Positions 1 through 10,625 of a stretch of DNA of 64,000 nt are shown here, in pieces (the stretch's first letter is position 1; each line of letters starts with the position of its first letter). The stretch is taken from positions 3,200,001 to 3,264,000 of the forward strand of contig CBDDIJ010000003.1 in assembly GCA_965228855.1 (NCBI GenBank), written 5' to 3'. This DNA is from Candidatus Obscuribacterales bacterium (GTDB lineage: Bacteria; Cyanobacteriota; Vampirovibrionia; Obscuribacterales; Obscuribacteraceae). The translations under genes were made by a program, and so were the position numbers. The notes under the pieces are model-generated. The model was not told the origin of the DNA. It worked only from the letters and a program-made list of their open reading frames with translations, and made no database searches.

Positions 1-1297
1 CCAGATCGATAATCGGTTGATAAACAGTTCTGAAATTACTTATATCGAGAAGGCTGTTAACAATCTCATCGCTGCCGGGCGGCATCTCAGCTTCACCACC
101 ACCCTCTCGGGCCAGAGAAACTTTGTTCTTGCCCGTGACCTTACTGCGACGCAGAGCGCCACGGGTCAATGACAAAACCTCTTGCACATTGGCGACCTTA
201 TGGGGCAGCATCGCTACGCCTATACTGACTGTGACTTGCACAACTTCCTGAAGATTGTGCATCGGATTGTCTGAAACAGCCATGCGAATACGCTCAGCCA
301 CACGCAATCCGTAGGCGAGCTGGGTGTCCGGCAAAAGCACGAGAAACTCGTCGCGGTTATCGACACGAGCCACATGATCGGAAGGACGAAGTGTTGCCAG
401 AATTCTGCGGGCAACGTCTTTCAAAACGATGTCACCAGCAGCGATACCAAGTTTGTCGTTAATCTGGGTAAAATTGTCGCAGTTAACACTGACGGCAATC
501 ATATGACCACCGGCACGAGTAATCTTGTTCTCCTCGATAGCCAGTGCTTTTTCGAGTCCTCGAAGATTGTTGACCTCGGTCAACATATCGGTTCTCGAGA
601 GACGATCGAGCTGTTCTTTAGTCAAAGTGAGTTCATTGGTGAGTTGTTCGATCTTCTCAGCATCGCTGGCTTCCGAGCGCCTACCACCCAGCGCTAGCAT
701 AGTCACTGCGCCGGTTCCTACAAGAACGACAATCACAACAATCCATGGATACGGTCCAATCATGCGGTTGTATTCGCCAGCCTTGTTGCGCACAGCCTCG
801 AACTCGTCTTCTTCCATTCGCGCGATCTGTCGCACGATTTCGCGCAACTCGCGATTCTCACCGCTCTTCTGAATAAGCTGTTCAGCCGGTCCCTTTCCTT
901 GTGCCTTACGAACATCTGCAGATTGTTTCAATTCATCCAGCAAAAAAGTGACGCGCGCTGAGAGATTCCGAGTCTTCTCGCCGAACATGAGATCGCTCTG
1001 GCGCATGCTGTTTAGCATCGACAAATGATGCTTGATGCTCTTCGACGCCTCGTTGAACGAATCGAGGGAACGATCGTCGCCGGTCAGAATGAACGAATGA
1101 TGGCTGAACTCCGCATCGCGCAATCCTTCTTGCGCCAACTGCAATTCCTGGAAGAATGCGACCCGCTGCTCAAGCCAGATCTCAAGACTGCGTCCCAGCG
1201 GAAAAATCGACGGTACCCACGAGACGCACGCAATCCCGACCACAACGAACGCAGCCAGGAGAGCTAATATGGACTTGGTATTTAAGCGAGAGGCCAT
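1..1297 (-). CDS. Membrane-anchored GGDEF(degenerate)-EAL domain protein, 3' end outside window
   Basis: Not in the ORF track because it runs off the edge. Manual translation from ATG 1297: MASRLNTKSILALLAAFVVVGIA (TM) ... RPSDHVARVDNRDEFLVLLP (RxxD I-site, GGDEF replaced by NRDEF) ... VTVSIGVA ... YQPIIDL (start of EAL domain). Confidence 0.8.
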   Translation of the reverse strand, partial: MASRLNTKSILALLAAFVVVGIACVSWVPSIFPLGRSLEIWLEQRVAFFQELQLAQEGLRDAEFSHHSFILTGDDRSLDSFNEASKSIKHHLSMLNSMRQSDLMFGEKTRNLSARVTFLLDELKQSADVRKAQGKGPAEQLIQKSGENRELREIVRQIARMEEDEFEAVRNKAGEYNRMIGPYPWIVVIVVLVGTGAVTMLALGGRRSEASDAEKIEQLTNELTLTKEQLDRLSRTDMLTEVNNLRGLEKALAIEENKITRAGGHMIAVSVNCDNFTQINDKLGIAAGDIVLKDVARRILATLRPSDHVARVDNRDEFLVLLPDTQLAYGLRVAERIRMAVSDNPMHNLQEVVQVTVSIGVAMLPHKVANVQEVLSLTRGALRRSKVTGKNKVSLAREGGGEAEMPPGSDEIVNSLLDISNFRTVYQPIIDL

Positions 1298-1447
1298 GAA
1301 ACCGCCGCCGAAGAGAGCCTATCTATAATTACACTCTATTAGTCTTAATCAAACATATTTGACTTATAAGACCATCAAGAGCGCTTGCCGAACACAAAAC
1401 GTGCGCCAGTCTGTCGTTATCAGACACAATTTTCTGCTAATTGAACG

Positions 1448-1550
1448 TTCTGCGGAGCCTGGAATTCTGCGGAGATGAGAATACTGCAGAACCTGGAAGT
1501 ACGCAAACAATGGGACTTCTGCGGAACCTGGAATTCTGCAGAGCTTTAGA
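1448..1550. repeat. Degenerate 17-bp tandem repeat, ~6 units (TTCTGCGGARCCTGGAA)
   Basis: Units at 1448, 1465, 1482, (1499), 1517, 1534; intergenic. Confidence 0.7.
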
Positions 1551-1599
1551 GTCTTGAAACTGAGCAATCAGCAACGCCCACTACATGCTGACGGCGTTT

Positions 1600-3126
1600 C
1601 TAGCGCAGAATCAAGAGAACCACGAACAGCGCAATTACCGCCAATCCGATAGACACGTAATATAAGCCGGGATTCGAGCGGCGAAACTGCTGCGCGATAT
1701 CAATCAGTCGATTCGAGAATTGCTCGAACTCGCTGATCAAGTCAGCAATCTGAATGCCTGCTTTGCTGTTCGCGTGTTTCTGAACGGAAGCGTTTTTTTC
1801 GAGCTGAATCTTGCGCAATCCCTGAGCAGTCGTTCGCGGACGAGCAGGTTTGTGAGAACCCGAAGAAGTTATCCGCAAGAGATTCTGACTAGACGTCGTG
1901 CACAAGCGTTCGAGTTCTGAAGACGTTGAGTCTTTGCCATCGGCCGAGGATTTATTTTCGACCGGAGAACCAACTCGTTCATTCGAGGACGACGAGGTTG
2001 TGCCTCGAGATTGAGCGGCACGGGATATGTCCGTGACGTTGATGTCTTTTACGGTGGCGCGACTACTGGTAGTTTTCTTAGCCGCGCGTAGCGAAGCTTC
2101 AGAAGCTTCGATAGGATCGACATATTCCCAAATCGTGTTTAAATAATTTCGTGCATCCTGTGCGGTTTGAAACCGATCGCGCTGATCGCGCTCCAGAAGC
2201 TTAGCAACGAAAAGCTCAACTATTGTCGGAACGTCCGTCAACGCATTGAAATCGCGCGCGCTCTTCGTCTTCAAAATTGTTTCGCGCAAAGGGGGCGCCT
2301 TTTGATTCAGGCGATTCACCAGCGTCTCCATCGGCGAGTCACCCAGCAGAGGAGGCTGACCAGCGATCATTTCATACATCATGCATCCGAGCGAATAAAG
2401 GTCGCTTCGACAATCGACTTTCAACCCGGTTGCCTGCTCAGGACTCATGTATGCGGGACTTCCAAGTGCAGAACCAACCGCTGAAAGCGCGACCTGATCG
2501 TCACGATCGAGCAGCTTCGCAAGTCCAAAATCCAGAAGCTTTACGAGTCGCGGCTCACTCTCTTCTTCGAGCACCATGATATTGCTTGGCTTCAAATCGC
2601 GGTGCAAAATATTTTTCTTCTGGGCGTGAGCCAGGGCCGCTAGAATCTGCTCGACGATATCGAGAGTATCTCGCAGTGACAGCTGTCCACGCTCTTCAAT
2701 GTACTGATCCAGTGTTCTGCCCTGGAGATAATCCATCACCATATACGGTGCGGACTCGACATGCACCCCAAAGTCATATACGGTGATAACGTTTGGATGG
2801 TTGAGACTGCTTGCCGCTCTGGCTTCGCGCTGAAAGCGCATAATCAAGGTCGGATCAGCTTGAGTGGTATGAAGGACCTTTATAGCAACGACCTTGTCGA
2901 GAATCAGATGGCGAGCGCGATAGATGATTCCCATCGCACCGCTTCCTATTACGTCCAGAAGCTCGTATTTATCAGCGAAGTCTTGACCGTAGCGAAATCC
3001 TGTTTGCGAATCCAGCGCTGGTATTTCAACTGAAGAGCTAGAGTATTTAGCATCCTCGATTGGGTGCGCGTTAAATTCCCCGGAACCGGCCATATTCAAT
3101 GTACCATCGATAGAGGGAAAGGCCAC
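1600..3126 (-). CDS. Hanks-type Ser/Thr protein kinase with C-terminal TM anchor
   Basis: GSGAMG, VAIKVL, HRDLKPSN, DFG, GSPAYMSPEQ; hydrophobic C-terminus. Confidence 0.95.
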   Translation of the reverse strand: MAFPSIDGTLNMAGSGEFNAHPIEDAKYSSSSVEIPALDSQTGFRYGQDFADKYELLDVIGSGAMGIIYRARHLILDKVVAIKVLHTTQADPTLIMRFQREARAASSLNHPNVITVYDFGVHVESAPYMVMDYLQGRTLDQYIEERGQLSLRDTLDIVEQILAALAHAQKKNILHRDLKPSNIMVLEEESEPRLVKLLDFGLAKLLDRDDQVALSAVGSALGSPAYMSPEQATGLKVDCRSDLYSLGCMMYEMIAGQPPLLGDSPMETLVNRLNQKAPPLRETILKTKSARDFNALTDVPTIVELFVAKLLERDQRDRFQTAQDARNYLNTIWEYVDPIEASEASLRAAKKTTSSRATVKDINVTDISRAAQSRGTTSSSSNERVGSPVENKSSADGKDSTSSELERLCTTSSQNLLRITSSGSHKPARPRTTAQGLRKIQLEKNASVQKHANSKAGIQIADLISEFEQFSNRLIDIAQQFRRSNPGLYYVSIGLAVIALFVVLLILR

Positions 3127-3251
3127 TGATTGCTCTTTCTAGCGCCGACCAACTTCGAGAAATTTAGCGCGGCTTTTAGTAAAGGAAAGGACGACAAGTC
3201 CTAGTAGACAATACCATATATGATGCCTTTAATAAATGCAAGTTATCAGTC

Positions 3252-3281
3252 AAAGGGCGCCGAAAAACTCGGCGCCCTTTT
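3252..3281. terminator. Rho-independent terminator downstream of glutamine synthetase
   Basis: AAAGGGCGCCG-loop-CGGCGCCCTTT hairpin, ~30 bp past the stop of 3310..5592. Confidence 0.75.
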
Positions 3282-3309
3282 GGCATTGCATATGGTGGCG
3301 GTTAGAGCT

Positions 3310-5592
3310 CTAGTAGATATAGAGCATTTCGCGGAACTTGGGCAGCGGCCAGATCGAATCATCGACCAATACCTCGAGTTCGTCAGCAGCATCACGCACG
3401 GCTTGCATTGCTGGAATGACTTCGTCCTGGTAGAACTTTGCCATCACGTAGCTTTCAGAGTCGCCGTGGCCATGACCACCGTTGCCGTTGCCGGCGTTGT
3501 TCATCGGTTGTTCCAGACGCTCCAGAGCCAACAGCAATTCGCTGATTTTCTCAGTGAGGTCGCGAAGCATATTCTCTTCTACAGTCAGGTTGATACCACC
3601 GAGAGCGGATTTTGTTTGAACTATAGTCGATGCAACTCGGCTCTGATATTCCAGCGCCGCCGGGAGAATCATCGTACGAGCGATGCTCTTGGTCAGCAAC
3701 CATTCGATGTTGACGGTTTTGCAGAATTGAGCGACGAAGACGTTATAGCGTCCAACCAACTCATCTTCCGAGAGCACACCGTATTTGACCAGCAATTCCT
3801 TAGCGTCGTCTTTGACGATCTCCGGAAGTGCTTCGACCGTGTTATGCAAGTTCGGCAAGCCACGACGAGCCGCTTCATCATGCCATTCGGCGGAGTAGTT
3901 GTCTCCGTTGAACAGAATGCGCTGGTTTTCTTTCAGCGTTTCACGAACCAGTTTTTCGGCAGCAGCGTTAATTTCCATGCCGCCTTTGACTAGATCTTCG
4001 AGTTCGTCGGTCATATAGTCGATCGACTCGGCGACCATGGTGTTCAGCAGGGTATTAGGGAAGGCAATTGATTGGCTCGAACCCAGAGCGCGGAATTCGA
4101 ATTTGTTTCCGGTGAAAGCGAATGGCGAGGTTCTGTTTCTATCGCTATCGTCACGCGGTAGATCCGGCAGTGTGGAAACACCAAATTTCAGATTGACCTT
4201 TCCATGGGCGCTCTTCATCTCCTTCTGTCCAGCGATCAGCGCATCCACGACAGCGGTGAGTTGATCACCCAGGTAGATGCTCATGATGGCTGGAGGTGCT
4301 TCGTTTGCACCGAGACGATGGTCATTGCCTGCATGGGCGATGCCGGCACGCAACAGACCTGCGTGCTTGTTAACGGCGCGGCAGACCGCGGTCAACAGTA
4401 CGAGGAACTGTGTGTTTTCCAGCGGAGTAGAACCTGGCTCGAGAAGATTGTTACCTTCATCGTCGGCCATGGACCAGTTGTTATGTTTGCCACTTCCATT
4501 GACACCACTGAAAGGCTTCTCGTGGAACAGGCAACGAAGTCCGTGCTTCTGAGCGGTCTTTCTGAACACTTCCATCAGAAGCAAATTGTGATCGCAAGCG
4601 ATGTTGCTTTGTTCGAATACTGGGGCAACTTCGAACTGAGCAGGTGCAACTTCGTTGTGACGAGTCTTGACCGGCACTCCGAGCTTATAGAGCTCGCTCT
4701 CCGCGTCCATCATAAACGCCAGAACGCGCTCCTTGATAGACCCCCAGTAGTGGTCTTCCATCTCCTGACCTTTCGGTGGACGAGCGCCGAACAGCGCCCG
4801 ACCGCAGTTGATGATATCGGGACGGGCAAGGTAGAACGCTTCATCAATCAAGAAATATTCTTGCTCCGGACCGACAGTGCTGATGATGCGCTTGACCGTT
4901 TTGTTTCCGAGCATGTGCAACAAACGCACCGCTGATCTATTCAGTGCATCGAGCGAGCGCAGTAACGGTGTTTTCTTATCGAGCGCATGTCCGCTGTACG
5001 AGCAGAAAACAGTAGGAATACAAAGAGTCTTTCCATTCGTGCTCTCCATGAGGAAAGCAGGACTTGTCGGATCCCAACCGGTATATCCGCGCGCTTCGAA
5101 TGTCGATCTGATACCACCGGACGGGAAGCTTGATGCGTCAGGTTCGCCTTGAATCAAGAGCTTTCCGGAGAATTCGAGAATCGCGCCGCCTTCGTGACCG
5201 CCGGAGACCAGGAAGGAATCGTGCTTCTCGGCGGTGGCTTCACTCATCGGATGGAACCAGTGCGTGAAGTGCGTCGCGCCTCGTGCCAGCGCCCAATCCT
5301 TCATAGCGTTAGCAACGATGTCAGCCATCGCCGGGTCTAGCTGCTCGCCATGATCGAGGCAACGAACGAGAGCTTTGTAAACGTTTTTAGGAAGCAACGT
5401 GCGCATAACGTGACGGTTGAACACGTTGACGCCGAAGATTTCCGATACAGGCGTAACCGTGTAATCAACACCGCTTCTGACCGGCTCCCGATTGCGCACC
5501 GCCTGTAGTGCCTCTTGCCGTGCCGAAGCTTGACCTTGCCCGCGACTTCTCATCGACGCTAATTTCCCTTGTGAGTCTACTCTTACTGTCAT
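3310..5592 (-). CDS. glnN: Glutamine synthetase type III
   Basis: 760 aa; THFTHWFHP, EPDASSFPSGG, EQEYF, HNEVAPAQFE, HEKPFSGVNGSGKH, RLGANEAPP, DRNRTSPFAFTGNKFEFR. Confidence 0.95.
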   Translation of the reverse strand: MTVRVDSQGKLASMRSRGQGQASARQEALQAVRNREPVRSGVDYTVTPVSEIFGVNVFNRHVMRTLLPKNVYKALVRCLDHGEQLDPAMADIVANAMKDWALARGATHFTHWFHPMSEATAEKHDSFLVSGGHEGGAILEFSGKLLIQGEPDASSFPSGGIRSTFEARGYTGWDPTSPAFLMESTNGKTLCIPTVFCSYSGHALDKKTPLLRSLDALNRSAVRLLHMLGNKTVKRIISTVGPEQEYFLIDEAFYLARPDIINCGRALFGARPPKGQEMEDHYWGSIKERVLAFMMDAESELYKLGVPVKTRHNEVAPAQFEVAPVFEQSNIACDHNLLLMEVFRKTAQKHGLRCLFHEKPFSGVNGSGKHNNWSMADDEGNNLLEPGSTPLENTQFLVLLTAVCRAVNKHAGLLRAGIAHAGNDHRLGANEAPPAIMSIYLGDQLTAVVDALIAGQKEMKSAHGKVNLKFGVSTLPDLPRDDSDRNRTSPFAFTGNKFEFRALGSSQSIAFPNTLLNTMVAESIDYMTDELEDLVKGGMEINAAAEKLVRETLKENQRILFNGDNYSAEWHDEAARRGLPNLHNTVEALPEIVKDDAKELLVKYGVLSEDELVGRYNVFVAQFCKTVNIEWLLTKSIARTMILPAALEYQSRVASTIVQTKSALGGINLTVEENMLRDLTEKISELLLALERLEQPMNNAGNGNGGHGHGDSESYVMAKFYQDEVIPAMQAVRDAADELEVLVDDSIWPLPKFREMLYIY

Positions 5593-5689
5593 ATATGGTC
5601 TTTCCTCTCGCTTTGCGGCACTACAAACGTTCCGTATTCAGTTTTGCGTACTATATAAAACCAATTTCGGTTTAAAACAAACCGCGCCT

Positions 5690-6136
5690 TTAAATTCCAA
5701 TCGCCTTCAGAATCACTCGCTTTTTCCGCTGTCCATCGAACTCTGCATAGAAAATCTGTTCCCACGGTCCCAGGTCTAGTTTGCCTTCAGTGACGGGGAC
5801 CATAACCTGATGATTGATTAAGATGCGCTTCAGATGAGCATCTCCATTATCTTCGCCGGTGTTGTGATGGTGGTAATCAGGATTTACAGGAGCAAGTTTT
5901 TCAAGCCATTCGTCTATATCTTTGATTAGTCCGTTTTCCCAATCATTGATATAAACACCTGCAGTGATGTGCATTGCGGATACAAGAATGAAACCTTCCT
6001 TGATACCACTCTCGTCAAGAAAGTCTTTCACATCGTCAGTGAGACGGATGTATTCGCGCCTCTTCTTGGTATCGAACACGAGATACTTTGTGTGTGATTT
6101 CATGCCTTCAGCGACGGCCACGACTGTACCTCCCAA
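5690..6136 (-). CDS. yjbQ: YjbQ/UPF0047 family protein
   Basis: [29 protein letters not shown]; true start probably the later Met (MKSHTK). Confidence 0.9.
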   Translation of the reverse strand: MGGTVVAVAEGMKSHTKYLVFDTKKRREYIRLTDDVKDFLDESGIKEGFILVSAMHITAGVYINDWENGLIKDIDEWLEKLAPVNPDYHHHNTGEDNGDAHLKRILINHQVMVPVTEGKLDLGPWEQIFYAEFDGQRKKRVILKAIGI

Positions 6137-6401
6137 CGTTCAAACACTAACGCCCGAGCAAAACGCAATTCGCGACAGAAGTCGTTAAAGCGAACCCGTA
6201 TATCCAGTAGCGCTACATCCGGCTACCAAGCCGGTTGCGGCTATTCTAATAGATTGGACTCGATGTTCCATTAACTGTCAACGATTCTCGCTTGGCAGCT
6301 TTACACAACCGGAAACCGGGCGTAGAAAGGCTCTTCGGAAGCTTGTCAACGCCACATTCGACAAATGTTTCGAGATGTCTATATCAAGATTGTGTAAAGC
6401 A

Positions 6402-7592
6402 TCAGCGAATGGCGCCGGTTTTCAGCCAGTTGAGGGAGGTGAAGTCGATGTTCTGTCCTCGTATACTCGGCAGCACAGGCAGCTCCGCAATTTGCTCCCA
6501 GGGCTTGGTGATGTTGATGCTGCGCAGCGAGTTTTGCGCGGCCTGATAGTCGACGAATTTCGGAACGGCCGGCTGCCAACTCTGCAAACGAGGAAGCCAG
6601 ACCGACTCCAGCGTAAACGCTGTCTGCCGCTCGGTATCAAGCACAAGCGTTTGCAGTTTCGGTGAAAAAGTTTCTGCTGTTCCAGCTTTTACAGCGGCGT
6701 TAAACTCACGCGCTTGACCGACGAAATAGGCACGCTGACTGCCTCTTGAAACGATACCTAGATCTTGAGTTGCGACCAGATCAAACTGCCCGGGGCGAGT
6801 TCCAATCGGACTCTCAGGGCCGTGCGTGTGAAACAAGATACGTCCTGGTTTGTCGCTGAACCCAGGATCAATAGACTCCGCTTTTCCGACGATAGGCTTG
6901 CTGATTTTCATGCGCAAAAGATCGACGGATCGCCCGGTTTCTACGCCTTGCCACGGGTGTTTCGAAGCTAGCATTTCGCCGAGATCGAGAGCGTTAACTT
7001 TTCCATCGGCGTGCAAAATACCTGAGGGCAACTGCATTTTGCCTGGACCGCGAAACGCCCATTGCTCAGCAACAAACTCCTTCGAAGCGGCAGTGGCATT
7101 TTTGACGGACTGAGGAGTATTTCGCTCAATCATATTTCCGATGGCTTTGTATGAATTCGGCATGCCGACCGCTTTTACAGCGAGTGACCCGCCGAGCAGC
7201 ATCCCGGGCGTTGCCTCGATCATCGTTGCGCCTTCGCGCGCCAAGCTCTTCGAATAGCGGTCTACAAGCTGATTTCTTTGAAGATCTGTGTTTGCGTCCG
7301 CCGCCTGCCCCACAAAGTCGATCGCATGTCCGCCGTAACGGACCGCCTCATAGCCAGCCACTCCAGCCACGAGTAATCCACCAACCTTCGGCGCTTTAGA
7401 AAGCAACGCGGTCATTCCGAAACCCGCGGCTGTAGAAACTCCGAAGGTCGTTCCCAGTTTACTTGAGTTCTGCATGTCGTCGCTGAGTTGGTTGTAGAGC
7501 GCCGTCGGCGTCGCGGCGATCACGTCACGCGTGGCCTTGAGCACGTTCTCAGTGCTGGACTGCTCGTCTCTAAACCCAAACTCGGAACCCAA
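6402..7592 (-). CDS. Hypothetical protein with hydrophobic segments and a possible JAB/MPN-like HxH motif
   Basis: 396-aa ORF; VETG...FHTHGPESPIGTRPGQFD. Confidence 0.65.
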   Translation of the reverse strand: MGSEFGFRDEQSSTENVLKATRDVIAATPTALYNQLSDDMQNSSKLGTTFGVSTAAGFGMTALLSKAPKVGGLLVAGVAGYEAVRYGGHAIDFVGQAADANTDLQRNQLVDRYSKSLAREGATMIEATPGMLLGGSLAVKAVGMPNSYKAIGNMIERNTPQSVKNATAASKEFVAEQWAFRGPGKMQLPSGILHADGKVNALDLGEMLASKHPWQGVETGRSVDLLRMKISKPIVGKAESIDPGFSDKPGRILFHTHGPESPIGTRPGQFDLVATQDLGIVSRGSQRAYFVGQAREFNAAVKAGTAETFSPKLQTLVLDTERQTAFTLESVWLPRLQSWQPAVPKFVDYQAAQNSLRSINITKPWEQIAELPVLPSIRGQNIDFTSLNWLKTGAIR

Positions 7593-7709
7593 AGTAACGT
7601 CAATGCCTATGTGCAGTGTCTGACAGGCATAATAGATAAACGAGTAGCTTATGTCATTGGGGAAAGTACGAATGCGCGCGAAGTCAAGCTAGCAGGCGCT
7701 TTCCGGCAC

Positions 7710-9101
7710 TTAATCTGGCGATTTTACAGCTGGGTCTGCTTCGACTTCAGCTTTTCCGGCGCCATCCAGCAATGCAAGCGCAGTTTTTGCGTCGCTGTTG
7801 CTGGGCTCCTTCTTCAGGGCGGTCACGTAAGCAATCCTGGCCTCAGCTTTGTCGCCTTTCTTTTCCAACAGCTGACCGAGCTGATACCACAACGATGAGT
7901 ACTGAGGACTGTTCTTCAGAGCGGCGCGAAACTCGGTTTCGGCTTTAGCCAGATCGCCCTTGGATTGCGCCAACCATCCGAGATCAACATGGAGCGCCGT
8001 CGAATCGGGATCGACTTTTACAGCCTTGGACATCTCCGCCATCGCTTCGTCCTTCTTGCCGTTTTTATCGAGCAAGTAGGCAAAGTCCGCATGCGCAAAG
8101 GCGTCGCTTGGATCGATCGAGAACGTCGATTGATAGTATTCTTCCGCGCGTTTGAAGTCGCCCTTGCTGGCGTAAGCGAACGCAAGCGACCTGTGAATCG
8201 CCACATCGTTCGGCAAATAGGTTCGCGACCATAGCAATTCGGAAATTGCTTCATTCCAATCTGACTTTTGCGCCTGCTCGACTCCGCGCTTGTAATGCGC
8301 TTGGGCGGCTTCGATGCGCAGGTCGCGCTGTTGTTGTTCACTCAGCGGAATCGGCTCGCACAAACCGAGGACCATCAGAAACTCGGCGAATGCGCGCATA
8401 GGTTTCCCGCGCATGAATGCAACTAAACAGTAGTCGCGGTGCGCAATCTTAAGATTCGGCATGTACATAATCGCCGAACGCAATTCCAATTCGGCGAGTT
8501 CCATATTATTGATTTTGGAATAGTATTTCGAAGCATCAAAGTGCTGAACCGCCTGGTGCTGCTGCATCAACGCAATCTGCTGTTTACTCTGATTGGCAAA
8601 ATACTCTTCGTCCTGAACAGCCGAGTCGAGCGGAGTCACCAGACTCGCCTGCTTGGCTGTAACACTACTTGCGGTGCCATTGTCTACACTGCTTGTCGTT
8701 TCGGATGCCTCGTCTGCCGTATCAGGTTTTCCACCAGCGGAAGCATTACCCTTGGTGGTATCTTTACCAGCATTTGTAGTGGCGGATTCGGTGGCAGTTT
8801 GCGTGGCAGCTTTGGTGGCAGATTTAGTGGCAGCTCTGGTGAGAGTTTGCGTGGTACTCGTGGTAGCAGAGCTGGTGGCAGGAGCGGTGGCCGTTTGCGG
8901 GTCCTTTGTGTTTGCAGAACTGGTGGCAGTTTGCTTGGCATTCGTGGTGTCAGAACTGATGGCAGCATCGGTAGCAGTTCCAGGTGCGGCGAGCGCGCTC
9001 AAGTTTGCCGAAGTCACGCTGCAAGTCAGCGCGACTGCAACAGCACCCGCTAAACGTTTTTGAAAAGACCCTGGTAAAAACATACGAAAACCGCCTGGCA
9101 A
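7710..9101 (-). CDS. Secreted TPR protein with Thr/Ala-rich linker
   Basis: Signal-like N-terminus, low-complexity T/A region, multiple TPR-like repeats. Confidence 0.85.
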   Translation of the reverse strand: MPGGFRMFLPGSFQKRLAGAVAVALTCSVTSANLSALAAPGTATDAAISSDTTNAKQTATSSANTKDPQTATAPATSSATTSTTQTLTRAATKSATKAATQTATESATTNAGKDTTKGNASAGGKPDTADEASETTSSVDNGTASSVTAKQASLVTPLDSAVQDEEYFANQSKQQIALMQQHQAVQHFDASKYYSKINNMELAELELRSAIMYMPNLKIAHRDYCLVAFMRGKPMRAFAEFLMVLGLCEPIPLSEQQQRDLRIEAAQAHYKRGVEQAQKSDWNEAISELLWSRTYLPNDVAIHRSLAFAYASKGDFKRAEEYYQSTFSIDPSDAFAHADFAYLLDKNGKKDEAMAEMSKAVKVDPDSTALHVDLGWLAQSKGDLAKAETEFRAALKNSPQYSSLWYQLGQLLEKKGDKAEARIAYVTALKKEPSNSDAKTALALLDGAGKAEVEADPAVKSPD

Positions 9102-9518
9102 AACGAACGAGACTACATGCTTTCAATCGGCAGCTCTTATTATGACACCATTGCCGCGCGAACCTACAGATCGTATTTCCTGTCGCATCTTTAGTGTTTT
9201 CCCCAGCGACGCCGCCAGCCGGAGCGTCTTCTGGTCACTTGCCGCATCGGGTCGGTATGGTCCGGTCTGGCAATATCGATTTTGGTGGTCCAAATCGTGC
9301 CTACTTATCTGGATTCCTGCAGAAACCCTACCCCGCTCAGTAGGCATTAGCGGTGAACAAACGGTCGGAACCGATTGGATGTTGTCGAAGACGCCGCGTT
9401 GAAAATGATGTTCCCGGGCCGTTCTGACGCCGACAAGGTTTCAGCTTGCCTTAAGATTCCAGCCTGAATCATTAGTTGGAAACCGCCGCCAGACGCGAGG
9501 AAACCGCCAGCCGCGATG

Positions 9519-10370
9519 CTAAACAGAAACCATAGATATGCTGTGCCGATCTGCAAAGGCAGCCATCTCCTGCTCTTCAACCACAAGAACTTCATTTGCG
9601 GCAACCGCAAGAACGCCGCCGGGCTTCGACGAAACCATCGCTTCCAGCGTGTTCATGCCAACTGTCGGCGTATCGAAGCGAGGGTCTTTTCCTTTTTTAG
9701 GAACCTTACAAACGACCACAGGTCCACCGGCAAGCTGCACACCGCGCCTGATTGCAGCGTCCGTACCCTCGATAGCTTCAATCGCCAGAATCATTCTGTC
9801 CTTCACGACGACAGTCTGACCGATGTGAATCCTGGCCAGCTCGCGGGCAATGTTAATGCCATATTCGATATCGACGTACTCATCGGCTGTCGGTTGGCGT
9901 TTAGACAAAACTCCAACATCCGGGAATATGTGTTTCAAAAACTCAGATTGGGTCAAAACCTTGACACCATGCCGCTCCGCCAGGTCACCAGCCAACGACT
10001 GAATTGCATCATCCGAAAAATCCGTCAGCTTGCTGAGTTCGCGAACAGCCGTCCAGTCAAGCTTGAACGCCGATTTAAGCAACTCGGACTTGTGCATCTT
10101 TCCGATGAAAACAATTTCTTCGAGCCCTTCTTTCTTGATGAGCTCCATGTTTCGCCCCAACTGACCGGGTGCAATCTCGATAACTTTGACGCAGTGCGGA
10201 CCGACGCGAGCAGGCGCTTCCTCAGCCATAGTGAAGGCGGTGACATCGTATCCCTTGTTCTTCGCACTCTGCGCCAGAATGCCGGGTAGCTTTCCTCCAC
10301 CCGCCAGAAGACCCAGTCTTTTGCGGGTTTTCACAGCTTCACGTTGTTCGTTCATGACCGAATTCGTCAT
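9519..10370 (-). CDS. lpxI: UDP-2,3-diacylglucosamine diphosphatase LpxI family
   Basis: LGLLAGGGKLP, IGQTVVV, AIEAIEGTD, RFDTPTVG. Confidence 0.9.
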   Translation of the reverse strand: MTNSVMNEQREAVKTRKRLGLLAGGGKLPGILAQSAKNKGYDVTAFTMAEEAPARVGPHCVKVIEIAPGQLGRNMELIKKEGLEEIVFIGKMHKSELLKSAFKLDWTAVRELSKLTDFSDDAIQSLAGDLAERHGVKVLTQSEFLKHIFPDVGVLSKRQPTADEYVDIEYGINIARELARIHIGQTVVVKDRMILAIEAIEGTDAAIRRGVQLAGGPVVVCKVPKKGKDPRFDTPTVGMNTLEAMVSSKPGGVLAVAANEVLVVEEQEMAAFADRHSISMVSV

Positions 10371-10625
10371 CTCGCCTGTCTCTCGGATTTACCGCACGCA
10401 AGTCTAGCATGACCTTGGCAGCCTGACCCGTGTGGGCGTTTAAGACAGCGGCGGCGGAAACAATAAGTTGCTAAGACAGTCATTTTTATCACGCAGACGA
10501 AATGAAAAAACGCGCAGATTTAATGGAAAATGCTCCAAAACCCTGAACCTTTCACGCGTTTCCTTGACATCAACAAACTAATCACATTAAACTGAACTAA
10601 AGGTCGGTTTATCTCTTGGAAAATC

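Noticed and set aside
1448..1550. CRISPR array
   Set aside because: Short degenerate tandem units without spacers.
3220..5340. Long plus-strand ORFs opposite glnN (and similar shadow ORFs elsewhere)
   Set aside because: Antisense shadows of well-supported genes, with no motifs of their own.
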